The notes below the pieces were generated by a model. That model made no database searches, had not been told where the DNA came from, and saw only the letters and a program-made list of their open reading frames with translations. From Octopus vulgaris (taxonomy: Eukaryota), in the NCBI GenBank assembly GCA_951406725.2, contig OX597831.1, positions 12,276,001-12,340,000 on the forward strand: 64,000 nucleotides of DNA. The letters run 5' to 3'. This document shows, piece by piece, positions 1 through 12,838 of this stretch; within the stretch, counting starts at the first letter, position 1, and every line of letters begins with the position of its first letter. Both the position numbers and the translations under genes were made by a program.

Positions 1-462
1 TATATATATATATATATATATATAGGCCTATAAAAGGTTTCCCCATAGTTTCCGTCCTTATAATTACACTCAAAATGCTTTGGTCAACTTGAGGCTAGGA
101 TTAAAGTTATTTGTTCTATCATGCATACTTCTAAAGCACACAGGCAGGCTTGCATCATTAAGTGAAAATTATGTTTCTTTGATTTGTAAGATTTTAAAAC
201 TTCAGAAACAAATTTATAAGAATTTGATGGCACTGAGACCAGATCAAGTGAGCAGGATTAGGGGCAAGTCAGAAAAACTGCTTAGTCGCATTCATATTTT
301 CGGAGTTCAAATTTCACTGTAATTGACATTGCCTTTCACTTTTTTCAGGGTCAGTAAAATAGACACCATTTGAATACTGGGGTCAATGTAATTGACTATC
401 ATTCTTCCTTAGCAGCATTTCATCTGGTTCCTTACTTTCTGGTTTCAAATCCCAACAAACTC

Positions 463-852
463 AATATCTCTCATTGTGACATTTAAAAATAGTAATTTTC
501 TAATTTATAGATCAGTGACTAGTTGTCACTTTGAAAACTATATATTTTGAACGGGAATTTGGCAGCGCCACCTCTAGCCGAACAATTATTCTGTGCTGAT
601 GAAGAGAAATAACCTGGAAATCGTAATACACAGATATTGTTCTGAGCTGAGTGGGGGTGCTAGATTCCCTTGTTTGAAAATATAAGGACACAGATTGTGT
701 CGTACAGCCAGCTGGAGACGATGTCTACTGGGGCTAAATTACAGCAACATTCATCCTAAACCAGGACTGCCATGTTATGTTGGCAATCTTTACTTCAAAG
801 TATTGTTACTGAATATCTCTCATTGTGAAATCTAAAAATAGTAATTTTCTAA
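463..852 (+). mobile_element. Retrozyme-like or Penelope pseudo-LTR-like insertion with 41-bp terminal redundancy, inserted in a SINE
   Basis: Direct repeats at 463-503 and 812-852 (39/41 identical, period 349). CTCAAT is duplicated at 460-465 and 854-859. The host SINE is interrupted and resumes after the insert. Hammerhead-like motif inside. Confidence 0.6.
580..642 (+). ncRNA. Type I hammerhead ribozyme-like motif (degenerate stem II)
   Basis: Stem I GAACAATTATTCTGTG / CACAGATATTGTTC, core CTGATGA at 596-602, GAAA at 617-620, minimal stem III and an ATA triplet before the 3' arm of stem I. Confidence 0.6.
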
Positions 853-2859
853 GCTCAATTTTGTTTTCCATCTTTTAGGGGTGTATAAAATAATTACCAG
901 TTGAGCACTAGGGTCAATGTAATGGACTTATCACCTGCCCACCACTGAAATTGCTGGCCCTGTGCCCAAATATGAAACAGTTACTGTCATCATCTACTCC
1001 TTCCTGATATTAGACAATGTTGTTGCAATACAAAATGTCTTCAACAGAAGAATGGGTGATAGAAAATTGCCATACATCATAATGATTTATTTGGTTTTGG
1101 TAAAGTGCAAATCATCTCAAAGTAGTAGTGAGAATAATCCAATTCCAATGACAAAAAAAAGTCTTTGTGTAAATAGAAGAAAGTAAAATGAAGTTGGAAG
1201 TAGACAGAGAACTTCTTAGGAGGAAGGATTTAATTTGTTAAATCAAATATTAAACGACACCAGAGATTTCTCTTTCTTAATGTCAAAATTAGTTTGAGAA
1301 AGAAATGGAAAAGGTCTGGCAGACTTTCAGGAGACAAACTTAATCTGTTGTTCATAACAGTGGAGTCTATTTTGTTGGAAATATTCAGTCTTTAGACCAA
1401 GGTAAAATAGTTCAATACGCTGCAACATTGCTGTTTCCTGCAGCATCAATCAAAGAATTATAGCTTCTCCTTCCCTAATTTTTCAGCAATCCTGGGAGTC
1501 CAGTAGAAAAATTCAAGGATGCTGTCCTTCTTCTAAGATGCCATTGTTGCTGCCACTACTACCAACATTGTCATCAAGGTTTTAACACCTGCATTTCGAT
1601 GCTTGCATAGATCAGATTACATTCAGTTGAGGCAGAATTTTCTATGACTGGATGCTCTTCCTGTTGCCAATCTTCCCTTGTTTCCCTCATCTGTCAAACA
1701 GTGAACAGTCTGCACATACTGTTGTAGGGCATTGCAAACAAATGACAAGGTTTCTATGAATGGAGACTTTTGTATGTTTTGAAATTATATTTCCAATCAT
1801 AAAAACCACTTTGAATATTATTTTAGCAAGTTCTTTGGTGCAATAAGCCATTTACCATTTCCATGGTGTCTCCCTCTCTTCTCTAGATGCCCTAAGCACA
1901 ATGCTTATTTTGATTAATGGTTAATCCAGCACTGAGAAACACACAACATCACAAATCCTTGTTGTGGCTGGTGCCAGTGACATGTGAAAGGGACCCACTT
2001 TACTCTTGGAGTGATTGGCATTAGGAAGGGCAACCAGCTGAAGAAATCTTGCCAAATCAGATTGGAGCCTGGTGCAGCCTTCTGGCTTGCCAGTCCTCAG
2101 TCAAACCATCCAACCCATGCCAACATGGAAAGTGGATGCTAAATGATGATGTAAGTATTGGCTAACTCACAGCTATAGTACAGAACCCAGTTGCCAGCAT
2201 CCACCTTGTAGGAGTAAACTCTGAACTGTGGAGTTTCAAAGTGAACATCTTAACCACACAGCCAATGGAAGGAGCCTCCACGAAGTTACTCAACATGCTA
2301 GAAATAGAAGCCAAATCTTCTTCAGAATCTATGCGTAAAGGAAGTAGGACAGATTGGTGAATGCGGCCATGGAGGTACTGAATGAAGATAGAGAGAAAAG
2401 ACTGGATGGTCATAGCTGGAATGATCTGTTCAACCAGGACTGACTTGAAGCTTAACAGCTCTAGAAACATAACGAGCAAAATACTAAAGTTGTTATGATC
2501 CACTGTTGAAGGGAATTACGTAATAAAGCCACGAGACGAGTCTAAGTGTGCTTAATATGGTTTTAATGTAAAAACGAGTGAAATTTTCTTGTTCTTTATT
2601 TTTCTTTCTGGAAAGTACCATAAGAGTAAACTACTTCATATACTTACACAGACACATGCACACATCATATAACTACACAGACATATGCAGATATATATAC
2701 ACACATACATACATTCATACGGATAGATATACTATGTATACACACATATACATGCGTGTGTGTGTGTATCTTATACTTAAACAAGAACATTATTAACAAT
2801 GACATCTAAGCTTCAGCAAGTTAAGCCATCATTGGACTGAACATAAAAACATTAATGAA

Positions 2860-2910
2860 TACGTATATACATACATACACACATACATATGTGTGTATAT
2901 GTATGTATGC

Positions 2911-2958
<48 letters not shown>

Positions 2959-2982
2959 CATGTATGTATGTATGTATGTATG

Positions 2983-3018
<36 letters not shown>

Positions 3019-3050
3019 CATACATACATACATACATACATACATACATG

Positions 3051-3083
<33 letters not shown>

Positions 3084-3085
3084 AT
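2860..3085. repeat. Compound (AT)n/(ACAT)n/(ATGT)n microsatellite
   Basis: Seen directly. Similar tracts at 3795-3978, 21850-21975, 24838-24940, 42445-42590, 45040-45260 and 48740-48960. Confidence 0.97.
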
Positions 3086-3906
3086 GTATGAATATACATA
3101 TGAAGTAAAATTTCCTTTGGTGAAAATAATAGAAAAGAACAATAAATTGTATATCTGAAATATTTAGTATAAAAATGTATTTTTGTGTGTTTTATTTGCT
3201 GTTAAAATGAGAAAGCTTAATTTAATGGAAGAGTGGGAATATCCAGTAGGATGAGAGGCCATTAATACATCAATACAGAGGAGTTATAGCTGGGTAATTG
3301 GTTGTAATAAACAGAAAACAGGATGGTAAATTTCACAAAAAAAAAGTGAATAAAATAAGTAAGCAAAAATAAAACAAAACAGGGATTACTATATGTAGCT
3401 TAGTGAAGACTATAAGGAGAGAAAGATATATTATTACAAGTGGTTGGAGCTAAGTGTGGGTAGTAGCATTGAAGTAGAATTAGTTAGGCAAAGAAACCGC
3501 AATGATGTTGGTTATTGTTGAAGATGAAAAGAATCGACGTGAGTGAAGTGAATAAGGGAATATAAACAAAATGGAAAGATTGTGTTTTTTTTTTTGTAAA
3601 ATTGTATTCGCTTTTATTTTTACTTTATTTTTTTTTTTTTTCTTTCTTTCTGTTTTATTATACTGGTAGCTTTGATCATAGGCCTGCTTGATCAGAATTG
3701 AATGTGGGCTAAACAACAACAGCAACTGTAGTGTAGGCATGAAATACGTAACGGATGATATGTTGAAAATAATTGAAAGCAAACATGGGGGAGTTTTATA
3801 TATATATATATATATATATATCTGTGTGTGTGTAGACACATGCATGCACATATGCACGTATATATGTATATATGTGTGTGTGTGTCTATATATACATACA
3901 AATGTA

Positions 3907-3957
<51 letters not shown>

Positions 3958-4831
3958 ATATATATATGCATATATATAGCTCTGGTGAGGCAAACAGGAA
4001 AAATAGAACTCAAAACATGAGTGTGTATGTATGAATATGTATCTATATATATCATCATCATCATTGCTAGCATGGGTTGGACGATTTGACTGAGGACTGC
4101 AACCAGATGGCTGCAACAGGCTCCAATCTCATCTGGCAGAGTTTCTACAGATGGATGCCCTTCCTAATGCCAACCACTCCAAGAGTGTAGTGGGTGCTTT
4201 TATGTGCCACTGGTACGAGGGCCAGTCAGGCGATACTGGCAACGACCATGCTCAAATGGTGCTTTTAACGTGCCACATGCACAGGAGCCAGTCCAGCGGC
4301 ACTGGCAATGACTTCACTCAAATGTTTTTTCACATACCACCGGCATGGAAGCCAGTTTGCTGTTCTGGTAACGATCATGCTCAGATGGTGCTATATATAT
4401 ACATATATACATATATCATCATCATCATCATCATCGTTTAACATCTCTTTTCCATGCTGGCATAGGTTGGACACTTTGACTGAGGTCTGGAGAGCCAGCG
4501 GCCACACCAGGCTCCAATCTGATCTGGCAGTATTTCTACAACTGGATGCCCTTCCTAACACCAACCACTCCGAGAGTGTAGTGGGTACCTTTTATGTGCC
4601 ACCAGCACAGGAGCCAGTCAGGTAGGTCTGGCATCGATCATGTTCGGATAGTGCTTTCCACATGCTACTGGCATGGGGGCCAGTCAGTGAGTACTGGCAC
4701 TGGCCATGTTTGGGTGGTGCTTTTTATGTCCCACAGGCACAGAAGCAACAGAGTGACTCAAGGGCCAAAAATTGTGTGCATTGGCATTTATCAAAATTAT
4801 ACATACAAACATATATACATATACACACACA

Positions 4832-4865
<34 letters not shown>

Positions 4866-5179
4866 ATTATGTGAGGTACATAGCTAAATGGTTTGAGTGC
4901 TGAGCTGATAGTATTTAGGCCATGAGTTTGATTCCTGAGAATCAGACAGTGCATTATGTCCTTCACTTCCCGTTGTTCCAACATTCTACTCAGCTGAGGG
5001 TGTGTAGCTGATGTTAACATTGTGATCAGATAGGGATAAATTCTAGTTTAATTAATGAGCCTGCAGGCTGAATACACCTGAACTCTCTCACTTGTACAGA
5101 ACAAAATACAGGTTGCTTGTCTTGTCAGATGTTGCTGAGCTCTCGCAGCCCATGCCAGTATAGAAGGTGGATGCATATT

Positions 5180-6860
5180 GGTGAGGATAAAAGGAGAAAG
5201 TAGAAATTCCATACAATGCCTGAACAATGGATGCCCAAGAGGTGTCGCAGGATCAGAGGCAGGCTGACAGAAAACGTAGACTTTGTATGCTGGCAGATGC
5301 ACAGTAATAGTTAGTGCCAGCGTAAATACAAACGAAAGAATCTCTTTTAAAAGCTCAGAAATCTTATTAGAATAGTTGTTAGTGTTTGTTACTTAGGCTA
5401 TCTGATTAATTAAAAGTGGAGGTGGGTGTAGCAAATGAATAGTTACTGGGGGTAAGGACAGGCTGGAGAGAGTTCAGGGAGCTATTACCTGTGCTGGTTA
5501 TGAAAGGTTTCCTCTTGGGGTAAAGGAACCACAACTGTATGACACTTATGTATGAAATGTGATGCTGCATGGTTAGGAAAGTTTGGCTTCAAATGGAGAG
5601 GATTTTCAGACTTTAAACAGAAATGAAGTAGAGACACTTTACTGGATGTTTGTGAGCCTGAATGATGATGTACAAATGTTTTGAGAGAAAGATTGGATAT
5701 ACGAGGTGGTATCAAATAGTTTCCAGACTAGTTCTGTAGCACACCAACAAATGGCAGCACGTGGTTGTGCGTGCAGTGAGAGCTAGCAGTGACCATCACG
5801 AGGCATTGTACCAAGTGACAACACTGTGTTTATTTCGCAAGATGGGAATTTTGTGTTTCTGTGGTCAGGTGTGTCTGCTGTAGTCTGTGATTTTGTCATG
5901 GATAGGAACCAAGAGCCAACGTGAGATTTTGTGTTAAACTTGGGAAGTCTGCTACAGAGACATTGAGCATCCTTTGGAAAGGTTACAGTGATGAGGCAAT
6001 GGGCTGTGCACAATGTTTTGAGTGGGACTGGCACGTGAAAAGCAGAAGAACATCCCTGGAAGATGATGAACAATCAAGAAGACTTGCCATGAACATCATC
6101 CTATGAAAATGTGCATCAAGAATTGATCCCCCAGGACCAGATCGTCAACCAAGAGTTCTACTGTGATGTTTTGAAACATCTGAAGGAGGACATTCGGTGA
6201 AAGGGATCAGATCTGTAGAGTGTGGAGAATTAGATTCTTCACGATGACAAAGCGCCCTGTCACTGACCTCTCCTACTTTTGAGTTTCTTGCCAAAAACAA
6301 CATGGTATCACTTTCACACCTACCCTATTTTACTAGAATGACCATCTGCAGACCTCCATCTCTTGTCCAAGATGAAAACACAACTCAAATGTCTCTGCTT
6401 TAATGCTGTTGTCATTATCCAGAGCAAATCGACTCATTTATAGATTCCAAAAGTGGCAGGAATGCTAGGACCAGTGTATTGGTGTGCAAGGTGACAATTT
6501 GAAAGTAGATGATGCTAAAACTTTGGTAAATAAGTTATTTTTTTATTAAACATAACTAGTCCGAGAACCATTTGATACCACCTTGTAAGACAAATCAGAT
6601 GATATGAGCATATAGCCTCTATGGAGGATGACCTGTGTAAAAAAGTGTGAAACACTCAAAATGGGGCAAGTGGGAGTTTTGAAAAGAAAGGTCAAAATGG
6701 TAAAGACTACTTTCAAAATACTTGTCTAATGAAAGAGATGACAAAGGTAACATGCAGTGCTGGACAAAACTTATTCACCTGCACAAGCTTGGTGACGCAT
6801 ATGTTAAAATGAAGGTTGTGATGGAGACTGAGTGGTATATTTGGATCTCTTGCCTACCGA
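5180..6860 (+). mobile_element. Decayed 3' part of an RTE-type LINE, interrupted by the mariner at 5702-6585
   Basis: Fragmentary translations such as RNSIQC, RIRGRLTENVDFVC, CYLG, GWREFRELLP, VMLHG and LRERLDI|RQIR read across the mariner insertion. These motifs are typical of the RTE ORF C-terminus. Boundaries approximate. Confidence 0.7.
5702..6585 (+). mobile_element. Internally deleted, defective mariner DNA transposon
   Basis: TA at 5700-5701 and 6586-6587. Imperfect TIRs CGAGGTGGTATCAAATAGTTTCCAGACTAGTT / AACTAGTCCGAGAACCATTTGATACCACCTTG. Transposase remnants RFCVKLGKSATETL...CFEW...RTSLEDDEQSRR and HDDKAPCH...EFLAKNNMVSLSHLPY. Confidence 0.92.
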
Positions 6861-8122
6861 CTTTCTCTCTTTGATGTTATATTGCTGGTGTTAGGAAGGG
6901 CATCCAGCTGTAGAAACCTTGCCAGATCAGATTGGAGCTTGGTGAAGTCCTCAGTCAAACCATCCAACCCACGCCAGCATGGAAAGTGGATGTTAAATGA
7001 TGATGATGATGCTGATGATGATGATCATCATCTCTCAATAACTCTCTTCAGGGAAAGGTGGTTTTATGCCAGATGTTGATAGGCTAAAGTAAGATACAGG
7101 GCAACACAAGTGTTTTGCTATAGAAGAGATATATGGTTATCCCACTTTGTACAGAGGAAGGTAGAAGTAGTTGAGAGGAAACAAAAGAAAATAGTGAGAA
7201 AACATAATATATATTCTTCATCACAAATATATATATATTCACACACAGAGTGATTTTATCTCTTCAGAATCTTCAGTAACAACTATTTTGGGTTAGGTAA
7301 CAAAATTATTCAATATACAAAATTTAAAGAATATAAAACTTTTAGATGTGAAGGAGCCTCCATTTCCACAAATGTTCTTGTCGATATTGCAAATATGGTT
7401 TCATATAAAGTTTTCATTACATAAAATATGTAATAAGTGGAACACAATCTCACAAAGTCTTAGAATGGCATTGTAAATAAATTGGCATCAACACAATTAT
7501 AGAGTAGGTATGTTTTCAGAATTGATATTTATATGGAAAAAGTTTTATCGAGATGATGCATATATTAAATATAGATATATGCAACAAACTAAATAGTCTT
7601 GATACAATGATATGCAGAATCAATATTATTTGTAATAAAAAAAAAAGAAAAAAAGAAAAATAAACTTTAAGAATCTTTCGTAGGAAGTAATTGAATTTAA
7701 ACAACAAAATATATTCAATATACAAACTTTGAAAAATTTTGAAAATTTTTGGGACGTGATGGAGATCTGATTTCACAAATGTATTAGCCAGTGTTGAAGA
7801 TAAATTGTCACATAATGTTTATGGGAAATAGTTAAGAGGAACCTAATGCAATACTCTTAGAAAGGTATTGTAAATAAATATCATTAAACAATCACACACA
7901 CACACATATAGGTAGTCATCATCATTTTGCATTTGTTATCCATAAATTATATTATAAGGAATGCAGTGTTACATAATATAACATACCTGCCAGAGCAAAA
8001 CGAGCTCGTCAACACTGATTTTTATAAATTTAATTTGATCTTATTTTGCTACGAAATAATATTGAGTTCCTTTATTAGAGTTTTTAGTTCTTACTGCTCC
8101 AACAAACAGTCACTTCCTGACA

Positions 8123-8154
<32 letters not shown>

Positions 8155-8233
8155 ATATAATGAACTTATTGTATACAATGCTCAGGTGCAGTACAACACA
8201 TCAGAAAGAATAAAAGAATAAAAGAATAAAAGA

Positions 8234-8264
<31 letters not shown>

Positions 8265-8530
8265 CACACACACACACACATAAAATGTGTGTGTATGTGT
8301 GTGTATTGATAGTGGACATCATAGCACAAGGAGAGAAATATTTTTTTTTCTTCATATTAATCGAAACTATGTGGCACAGATGAAATTAATATAAATCAGC
8401 AATAAGAAAGTTCTGACATGTGACATGTGTATCTAGTAGAATACAGAATATTACATCCAAGAGAGCCATATAAATCAAACAGCATCTTCTATTCAGAAGT
8501 AACAGCTTCCCCCCCCACCACCTTTATCTA

Positions 8531-8572
<42 letters not shown>

Positions 8573-9524
8573 ATTTATATATATATATATACACACACAC
8601 ATATATATACACATGTATCTACACACAGTCACACATATATATACACATATACCTACACACATACATTCACACACACATATATATATGAGAGAGAAGGTGA
8701 GAACAAATGTTGGAGTAGATAAAATATTATTACTGTAAAACTGGGCTAACATTTATCTGGAATATAAGTTCACATTCGTTTCATGTATTACTTTGTGCCT
8801 CAACAGGACACTTAATTCTGCATGACCCAGTTCACCTAGGTGTTGGATTAGAAATTTGACACACTGTAATATAATGACATCCCGTTCTGAAAGTAATTTG
8901 GTCCTCAACAATGAAACATTACTAAACCTGGACTTTAGCACTGAATTTATGAGATCTCTGTGATGATATTTATGATCCTTATTAACACTAAACAAAGCCT
9001 TAATGAATGGTTTATGCCTTTCAGCTGTCAAGTTACACATACAATGTGACAGTTGCAACAAGTGCAAGTTATTTTGAAGTAAAGTGAAAGAGAAGAAGGA
9101 GAGGGAGTGAGAGGAGAGTAATGGAGAGGGTTGTCATCGTAGAAAGGTTGCATAGAGTTAGAAGAAAGACAGAGGTTATTGGTGCAGAAGATAACAGAAA
9201 TATGATCTTAAACAAAGAGTAATAATTTGTAGGCTGTTTTAGAAGATTTTTGTTTTTATTCTCAAACATTGAAAATTGGTTAATTTTATTGAAAATATTT
9301 GGAAAGTATGGTAAGAGTAAGAAGATGGATCATATTCCATGATGAAATCTTGCTTTCCTCTGCTGTGTCTTTTGATCAATAAAATGGGAAACAATTGTAT
9401 TAAATCCAGTGACAAGAAAAGAGAACTTCTGAGATTTCTAAATTAAGACTGAAAACTTCCAACATTTAATATAACAAGGAATAAAAGAACATCAGAATAT
9501 GCTGTTGCTGCTTATCATTATTAT

Positions 9525-10362
9525 TCAAAATTCTGCCGAGGTCAACTTTGCAATTTGTCATTTTTGGGGTTGGTTGACGAAATAAGTACAAGTTGAAAAC
9601 TGGGGTCAATGTAGTTGACTTACCCCCTCCCCTGAAGTTGCTGGCCTTGTGCCAAAATTTGAAATCCTTATGATTATTATGAAGGCAGCTAGCAGGCAGG
9701 ATCATTCGTGCACTGAAAGAAAGGCTGTGAAGCCTTTCTTCTGACTTCGGATTCTGAGTTCAAATTCCATCGAGGGTGACTTTACTTTTCATCCTTTCAG
9801 GATCGATAAAATGAGTACCTGTTGAACCCTGGGGTCTATATAATCAACTTACTTGTCTCCCCAAATTGCTGGCCTTGTGACAAAATTTGAAACTATTCTT
9901 CTTCCTCTTCTTATTTTAGCAAATTAAATTGAAGGAAATGGAGATTAAATTCTGGTTTTAAATTTTGGCACAAGGTCAGCAAGTTTGAGGGAGGGGTTGA
10001 GTCGATTACATCAGCCCCAGTGCTCAACTGCTACTTGTTTTATCGACCCTAAAAGGATGAAAGGCAAAGTTGACCTCAGCAGAAATTGAACTTAGAATGT
10101 AAAGTTGGACAAAATGGCGTGAAGCATTTTGTCCAGCATGTTAATGGTTCTTTTCTACTCTAGGCACAAGGTCTGGAATTTTTCGGGAGTGGTGGGGTGC
10201 TGTTGATTAGATTGACCCCAGTACACGACTGGTACTTAATTTACTGAAACTGAAAGGATGAAAGGCAAAGTCAACCTCGGTGGAATTTGAACTCAGAATA
10301 TAAAGACAGATGAAATACCGCTAAGTATTTCGCCCGGCATACTAACATTTCTGCCAGCTTGG
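9525..10362. mobile_element. Cluster of four Nin-like SINE copies, two on + then two on -
   Basis: + copies at ~9525-9668 and ~9685-9895, - copies at ~9955-10150 and ~10150-10362. Confidence 0.8.
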
Positions 10363-11739
10363 TGTCTTAAATGAAGATCAAATATTGACAAGAAAACAGA
10401 CAAACGGATAGTTTTGAATAAAATGTCTCCTTGGTATTCATTCTGTTTGAACTGCATACACACCTCCTTATCAGTCTTGCCACAGAAACAGCAGTGAACA
10501 AGCAATTGGCCAGTTGGACACCTATAACCAATAATGTATTTGCTCTTCAGTTAAAAGGCTCACTCTACAACAACACAGATTTGGGTTCAGCCCCACTGCA
10601 TGGCATCTGGTGGTGGGGAGTGTCTTTCTCTTTCATATTGAGCTGGCTAATGCTTTGTGAGTGAATTTGGAAGACGGAAACTGTGAGGAAGCCCACTGTG
10701 TGTGTGTGTGAGTATGTATTTTGTTGTATTTTGGGATGGTCAATCTTTTTTTTTTTTTGCCAAATAAACACAGGCACTATGTGGCTGTTCTACACTCGTT
10801 TATTACTGTTCTTATTCTTCTAACTCATGTAAATTGTCCAGAAATCTTTTGTCATACATCTGTGACCTCTTCAGCAACACTTTCCATCCATGTGTGTGTT
10901 CTTGCTCTGCTTCGTCCATTCTGTTTTAACACATGGTTCCACATCAAGAATCTTGCAATGCAAATTCATAAATGTATATATATATACATATATAAATTAA
11001 AGTATACGGTATAATAGACCACGCCAACTGATTTCACACAGGATAGAAGATAACCAGATATTAAATAACAGGGAGATGTTCTAAATATATGTGCAATTTG
11101 ATGCTGGCAGATACAGAACAAATATAGCAACTCAGCCTGAGGGATTCTTACACATCTATGGGTGTGTGTGTGTGTGTGTGTATGCACGTGTGTGTGTGTA
11201 TGCACGTGTGTGTGTGTATGCACGTGTGTGTGTGTATGCACATGTGTGTGCATATGTGTGTCTATTTGTTCCTGCCGTCCAACCACTTGACAGCTGATGC
11301 TGGTTTGTCTATCTCTCTTTAACTTAGTGGTTTGGCAAGAGAGACCAATATAATAAGTATCAGAAAAGAAGTACTAGGGTAGGAGTGGATTTGTTTGACT
11401 GAAGGCAGTGCTCCAGCATGGCTGTAATTCAATGACTGACACAAAATAAAATGAAATAAAAATTTTTTTCTTATACCAAAGTCCAGAAAATACTGCAATA
11501 TGGATGTGGGGACATTCATTATCCCTTTGAAGATGTAGTAATATTCTATCAAAGTCTAACTTCTTTGATATCTTCTAGAATGCAAAATAAGCTTTAAATT
11601 TTCAAATAATTCAAAATATCAGAAATTATGGTTTTATTTATTTGAGAAGAGAGGAATTCACCCAACCCTCTCTTTGTTGAAAAGTAGGGGGAAACAAATG
11701 CTATAGTTACTAACTGTAGTTGAAAGGTATCTCACTTAC

Positions 11740-11772
11740 CTTACTTTGGAAGGTGAATCTTTGCTGGAAGGA
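11740..11772 (-). CDS. DGKZ: 33-nt internal coding exon of the same DGK gene: SFQQRFTFQSK
   Basis: Minus strand reads TTTTCTCTTTATTGTTTTCAG|TCCTTCCAGCAAAGATTCACCTTCCAAAGTAAG|GTAAGT, phase 0-0. It continues the previous exon as in DGKZ (CGK-GFQQKFTFHSK). Too short for the ORF track. Confidence 0.92.
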
Positions 11773-12428
11773 CTGAAAACAATAAAGAGAAAATGTTATA
11801 TAATGAATAAATTAGTAAAATTTCATTTCCTGAAAAAATCAAAATGGTATAATTTTGATACAGAAATTTTATATTTTATTTAGAAGAGTCAATGCACGCA
11901 TATGCATGCACACAAATGTTTATAATATATATATACTCACATCAGTGTTATATTTCATAACCTAAATATTATGAAGCAAGAACACATAATGTCTATTGCA
12001 GTGTTATTGCTGAAATATAAAATGTTTATCTATAAAAATAAAAAGAACATTAATTTCTTGTAACAGCTTGCTTAAATTTCCCATCATAGTCACCTAGTTT
12101 TATAAATGAAGGAACTACCATGTTGTCATTTGACCTACCAAAATTAGCAGTTAAATTTCCTTCAAAGAATAACCTTCTGCCCTAAAAATTCCAACAACAA
12201 CAAACTGGAAGAGACATTGAACAATGTAGCTCAAGCTACACAATGTCTACAAGGAAAAAAAACATCAAGGCTGCTCATGGCTTGTTATAAAAGGGCTGCT
12301 TGAGGTAGGGGAAGAGAAGAAGGAAAGAAGAAAAAGGATTGAGAAAAAAAGAAAGAAGAAACCTGAAAATGGATTTTCTTTTAACAATTAACTGTCTTTG
12401 AAATAATATTAGACAAAAGAGAAGCATA

Positions 12429-12838
12429 GGCGCAGGAGTGGCTGTGTGGTAAGTAGCTTGCTAACCAACCACATGGTTCCGGATTCAGTCCCACTGCGTG
12501 GCATCTTGGGCAAGTGTCTTCTGCTATGGCCCCGGGCTGACCAATGCCTTGTGAGTGGATTTGGAAGACAGAAACTGAAAGAAGCCTGTCGTATATATGT
12601 ATATATATATATGTGTGTGTTTGTGTGTCTGTGTTTGTCCCCCTAGCATTGCTTGACAACCGATGCTGGTGTGTTTACATCCCCGTCACTTAGCGGTTCG
12701 GCAAAAGAGACCGATAGAATAAGTACTGGGCTTACAAAGAATAAGTCCCGGGGTCGATTTGCTCAACTAAAGGCGGTGCTCCAGCATGGCCGCAGTCAAA
12801 TGACTGAAACAAGTAAAAGAGTAAAAGAGTAAAGAGAG
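12429..12838 (+). mobile_element. Full-length tRNA-derived SINE (octopus OR-type/CORE-like)
   Basis: Head GGCGCAGGAGTGGCTGTGTGGT with B-box-like GGATTCAGTCCC, CORE-like CTTGGGCAAGTG, internal (AT)/(GT) tract and (AAAGAGT)n tail. Many copies in the window. Confidence 0.88.

Noticed and set aside
2821-4116. Many YI/HT/VC-rich ORFs here and throughout the window
   Set aside because: Translations of (AT)n, (AC)n and (ACAT)n microsatellites.
8753-9067. 104-aa non-repetitive ORF on the gene strand
   Set aside because: No similarity to the expected DGK continuation or any family I recognise, and no clear splice signals.
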